From NCBI RefSeq assembly GCF_006345805.1, contig NC_042998.1, positions 154,442,001-154,506,000 on the forward strand: a DNA stretch of 64,000 bases, written 5' to 3'. The stretch's first letter is position 1. Each line of letters begins with the position of its first letter. The notes below the pieces were generated by a model. That model did no database searches. It saw only the letters and a list, made by a program, of their open reading frames with translations, and was not told the DNA's origin. Position numbers and translations under genes: made by a program. Below, in pieces: positions 59,900 to 64,000 of the stretch. The stretch is from Octopus sinensis. Taxonomy: Eukaryota.

Positions 59900-62800
59900 C
59901 TTATTCACTACTGGTAACATGTAACCCAGTACAACCTGTTACATGGTTGGGTTGTCGGTGACTAAACTGGCAACCCCACCAATCTTGCTTGGTGAGGAGG
60001 GTGATAGTAGGACACCCTGCATGACAGAAAATAAAACCTGTCATAAAGGGCAGAGGAATTCATAAGTAGTCAATAGCCATCCAATTATATTTGTGTATGT
60101 GTATATATATATTTTCTGATGTATTTAATTCCATATATTAGGGGACAGATGGGGCTCCTTAACTGTGGTGAAGGCATCCCATCTAGGAAAGGGAAACTTT
60201 GATATAAAACCAGGTCTTTGGTTGCTGAGGGTCTCCTTAACAAGGCTGTTCTATCAGCAAACTCTGACTCATGAAGTAGACTAGACTCTCCAGCTTGTTT
60301 ATAGCAGCTCGTCTAGATGGAAACTTCTGAAGAAAAAGCCTGAGATGTGTTGTTCTTGGTATTGTGGCACAAATGTACACCATATTCTTTCTATCATTAC
60401 TTCCAAAAAGTGTGGCTATTGTATGTGGATTTTCTGACAACTTACATTTATTCATTCAATACGGCACAGCTTCAACTTGAAAAAGAAATCAAAAAGTCCT
60501 CTGGCAAGAGAGTGAAAGTGGCACGGACAGGTAAAGGATATTGCTGGAAATCTCTTGCTGGATCTCTACACAGTCGGCGAACATTGGGTGATAGCTGTTC
60601 CAGCACAAAATTTGTGAGTAACTATGCTGTCTGTGTCCTCCAGTGGTGACAAAACAGGTCTATTTAGACACAGCACTGCTTTCCTCGATGGGGAGGGATG
60701 AGAAAAGGAGCTCCAAACATTGATTACTCACCTTAAACTTGTCAGCCCACTGCAGCTGTCTGTTTGTTCAGTAACACAGTTGAAACACAAAGAAATCTAA
60801 GAGTATTCTTGGAATGTGTGCACTCTCCAAAATAGTCACTCAGCACCAGAAAAAAACCAGCATTGGTTGCCTTTGAACTAAAGAAATACATCATTGACAT
60901 AGCTGCACTCAGTGAAGCTCATTTTGTAGGATCATCACAGTTAGAAGAAAATAAAGGGGGATACATATTGCCATTAAAACAGAAATAGCTAGATCCTTTC
61001 TTTCTCTACCCAAAGGTATTTCTGATCGCATCGTGACACTAACATTGGAACTTGATCACAACACTTGTGCTATGCTCCAACCATGGCCAGCAATGAGCAG
61101 GAAAAGGACGAATTTTACAACCAACTCCATGATGTCATCTCCAGTTGTCACCATAGGGATAAACTTATCCTTATGGATGACTTTAACACTCGTGTTGGTA
61201 CTGACTATTGGGAATGGGAGGGTGTTCTTGGTCACTATGGTATAGGTTGAATGAATTCCAGCAGTCTGCATGTGCTCTCCATTTGCAGGGAATTTAGTCT
61301 AAGCATCACAAATACCATTTCTCAACAGTGAAATTGTTGCAAGATGACCTGTATGCATCCTAGATCTAAGGATTGGCATCTCATAAACTATGTGATCACT
61401 AAAAAACAAAATATTAGGGACTTTAACATTATACATTCCTTTCATAACACCTGCTATCTCTCTGATCATTCTCTTTTCTGTAGTAAGGCTACATTCCATC
61501 TGAAACACACAGGACTACAAAAGTCATCAGTGCCTAAGTGCATTAATTTTCTGCCTTTGAAAACTGTCAAAAAGCAGGCTGAGCTCTCTATCAAATTGGA
61601 CACTGCACTCAACATTGTTGATATCAGTAGAGGTTCTTGGACTTTCTGTTTGTAAACATCAAGATTGGTTCAATGATAACAACACATATGTCCAACAGTT
61701 GATAGATAAAATGCACAGCTCTCACAAAAGATGGATAAATGATGAGAGCTCATCCAGAAAAGAGAATGCTTACAAGAAATGTAGAGGCAAGGTCTAACAT
61801 GCTCTGAGACAGATGAAGGAGGCTTGGTGGTGTTTCAAGGCTACTGAACTCCAAGAAGCTGCTGGCAGAAAGGATTCTAAAGCCTTTTATGATGGCCTCA
61901 AGAAAGTGTATGATCCTCAAGAGCGTGACAAACCTGATGTTCTGAAATGATGGAAAGATCACTTTGAACCCGTATTGAACTCCACCTCAGTCACTAATGA
62001 TAATGTCATAATGTCTGTTCCACAGCACACTGAAATACAGGAACTGTCTCTGGAGCCAACCTTTCTGGAAGTGGTAAACTCTATTAAAAAGATCTCTTCT
62101 GATATCCCTCCTGAAATCTGCAAACATGGTGGACAGAAGATTTAAGAAACTGTATGACCTCTTCATAAACATTTGGAAGGTAGGCCATGTACCACTGGAC
62201 TTCAAGGATGCCTCAATTCAACATCTTTATAAGAACAAAGGAAACAGAAGTGTCTGTGATAATCATTGTGGAATATTGCTTCTGTCTATTGCTGGTAAGA
62301 TTCTTGCTCAATTCATTCTTGACAGGATCATCAAACACGTTGTAAATGATATCTCTCCAGAATCACAGTGCGGATTTTGCTCTGGTCATGGACATGATCT
62401 TTTTCCTCTGACATGTCATGGAGAAGGTGCATGAAAACAAATCAAGAGTTGTTCTTGATATTTGTGGACCTTACTAAGGCTGTTGACACTGTTGACACTA
62501 TGGAAAGTTCTGCAAAAGCTTGGTATACCTGACAAGATGTTGAATGTTATCATATCCTTTCATGAGGGAATGAAGGCTGCTGTCATGTCCAGTGGGGAAT
62601 CTTTGGCTTCCTTCGACATTACAAATGGCACAAAGTAAGGTTGTGTTATGCCCTCTATATGCTTTTGGTGATATACAAAGTGGTGGACTATTCAATCATC
62701 AGTGTTTCAAAGCCAGAACACTGCTATGCACCAGTATCATTCATGATCTACATTTTGCAGATGCTACTGCACTAGGAGTGACCTCCTTAGAAGAAGCTCA

Positions 62801-62945
62801 GGAACTTCTAGACTGGTGTTTTGCTGCATGTAAAGCCTTTGGTTTAACCATCAACATAAAGAAGATGGAAGTAATGCACCAACCTTACCCTACTCCTAAA
62901 CAAAATCGAGGTGTCAAGCAGAGACTTGCTATGCAAGTACATCTC
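59900..62945 (+). mobile_element. RTE (BovB-like) LINE, degraded and 3'-truncated
   Basis: IDIAALSEAHF, CYAPTM...EKDEFY...DKLILMDDFNTRVG, TCMHPRSKDWHLINYVIT, HLYKNKGNRSVCDNHCGILLLSIAGKILA...PESQCGF, FVDLTKA, DLHFADA. The 5' boundary is approximate. Confidence 0.85.
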
Positions 62946-63011
62946 CGTAATATATATATATATATGTCACATATATATAAATAAATATATATATATATAT
63001 GTATATATGTT

Positions 63012-63045
<34 letters not shown>

Positions 63046-63201
63046 AAGGTAAGCGCAGATTTAGCGGGATAATAGTATCCATATTTACTCTCAGCATCAA
63101 TTAGCTATGCTGTCCCTGGGTATAGGTATGCAGGCATACTATGCTCATAGGGTACAGGTAACAACACAATAAACAAAAGTTTATCTGGAATGAAATTTAA
63201 A

Positions 63202-63287
63202 TAATCAGAAAATGGAGAAAACTTTTGATCAACAAACAAATGTTACTGTTTATTTATTGATCAAAAGTTTTCTCTATTTTCTGATTA
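63202..63287. repeat. ~86-nt near-perfect AT-rich hairpin
   Basis: taatcagaaaatggagaaaacttttgatcaacaaacaaa / tttatttattgatcaaaagttttctctattttctgatta around an 8-nt loop. Confidence 0.85.
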
Positions 63288-63303
63288 TATATATATATAA
63301 ATA

Positions 63304-64000
63304 CAGGGTGTGATGGGTAAATTGTCACCATTTTATATTTTTAATTTTGCACATGCACATTGTTTTTATTTTGTCAATTTTACAGTATAGTAGGGGCAGT
63401 TGGACATCATCTGTAAGGAAAACAGCACCATAACACAATTCACTCTGCCAGAATTTTGGAAGTTACATGCTGTACTGCTTGGCATTTATGCCTGAACCTC
63501 CAATACAAACATTTCAGAGTGTTTGGGTGTCAATCTGAGGACAGTGCAAAGGATTCAGAAAGAGTTGGATGAGTCTAATGTTGATTACGAAGGTACTGCA
63601 GCTCGGAAAACTCACTCTGATTGTTCTGATAAGAAAAGAACTCCTGAATTTGTTGGTGAGATCCAGGCTATGATTGACGATCCCTCCAAGTCAATCAGGT
63701 TTATCGCTAGGGCCATGGGAGTGTCTGAGTTTCTTATCAGGCAGGTAGTGCATGAAAACATTCGGTATTCCTCATACAAGATGAGAAAGAGCCAATTTTT
63801 ATCCCAAGCCATCAAGGACAAGAGGAAAGACCATACTATGAAACTTTTGAACAAACTCAAGCATCCCCTCTAACTGAACATGCTTTGGTTTTTCTCAGAC
63901 GAGAAAATTTCTGCTAGAATCAGATAGTGAACACACAGAACAACCGTTGGCTTGCTGTGTCCCCAAAACATGTACCAAGAGTGATAAAAATCAAACATCG
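63304..64000 (+). mobile_element. Tc1/mariner-superfamily transposon, maT (DD37D)-like, 5' part
   Basis: TA|CAGGGTG terminus; ORF 63523-63873 with HTH (VNLRTVQRI, KRTPEFV...SIRFIARAMGVS); then WFFSDEK...NTQNNRW after a stop. Confidence 0.85.

Overview
AT-rich animal genomic DNA, about two-thirds repeats. The SINE, RTE and Penelope families and the long (TA)n, (CA)n and (AAT)n tracts look like an octopus or other coleoid cephalopod genome; this is inferred from pattern recognition, not searched. One host gene is supported: the first two coding exons of FAHD1 on the minus strand (12852-12907 and 1217-1313, joined in frame across an ~11.5-kb GT-AG intron), which the ORF track misses. The rest is mostly transposon debris: mariner, maT, pogo, hAT, piggyBac, a Helitron, RTE, CR1/L2, an R4/Dong-like element in (AAT)n, Penelope-like elements, two Ser-tRNA-primed Gypsy elements and many SINEs. 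The most notable signals are: (1) a structurally complete type I hammerhead ribozyme (minus strand, 18662-18724) inside a 352-bp terminally redundant unit, retrozyme- or Penelope-like; (2) a nested cluster of GG-ended MITEs with 8-9-bp TSDs and telomere-like TAACCC tracts around FAHD1 exon 1, with both asymmetric monomers and inverted-dimer foldback forms; (3) a spacerless 54-bp perfect palindrome; (4) a decayed intronless USP-type protease domain; (5) two foldback elements in a CpG-retaining region at 33-37 kb with candidate micro-exons. Repeat boundaries were placed by eye and are approximate unless TSDs or TIRs are quoted.
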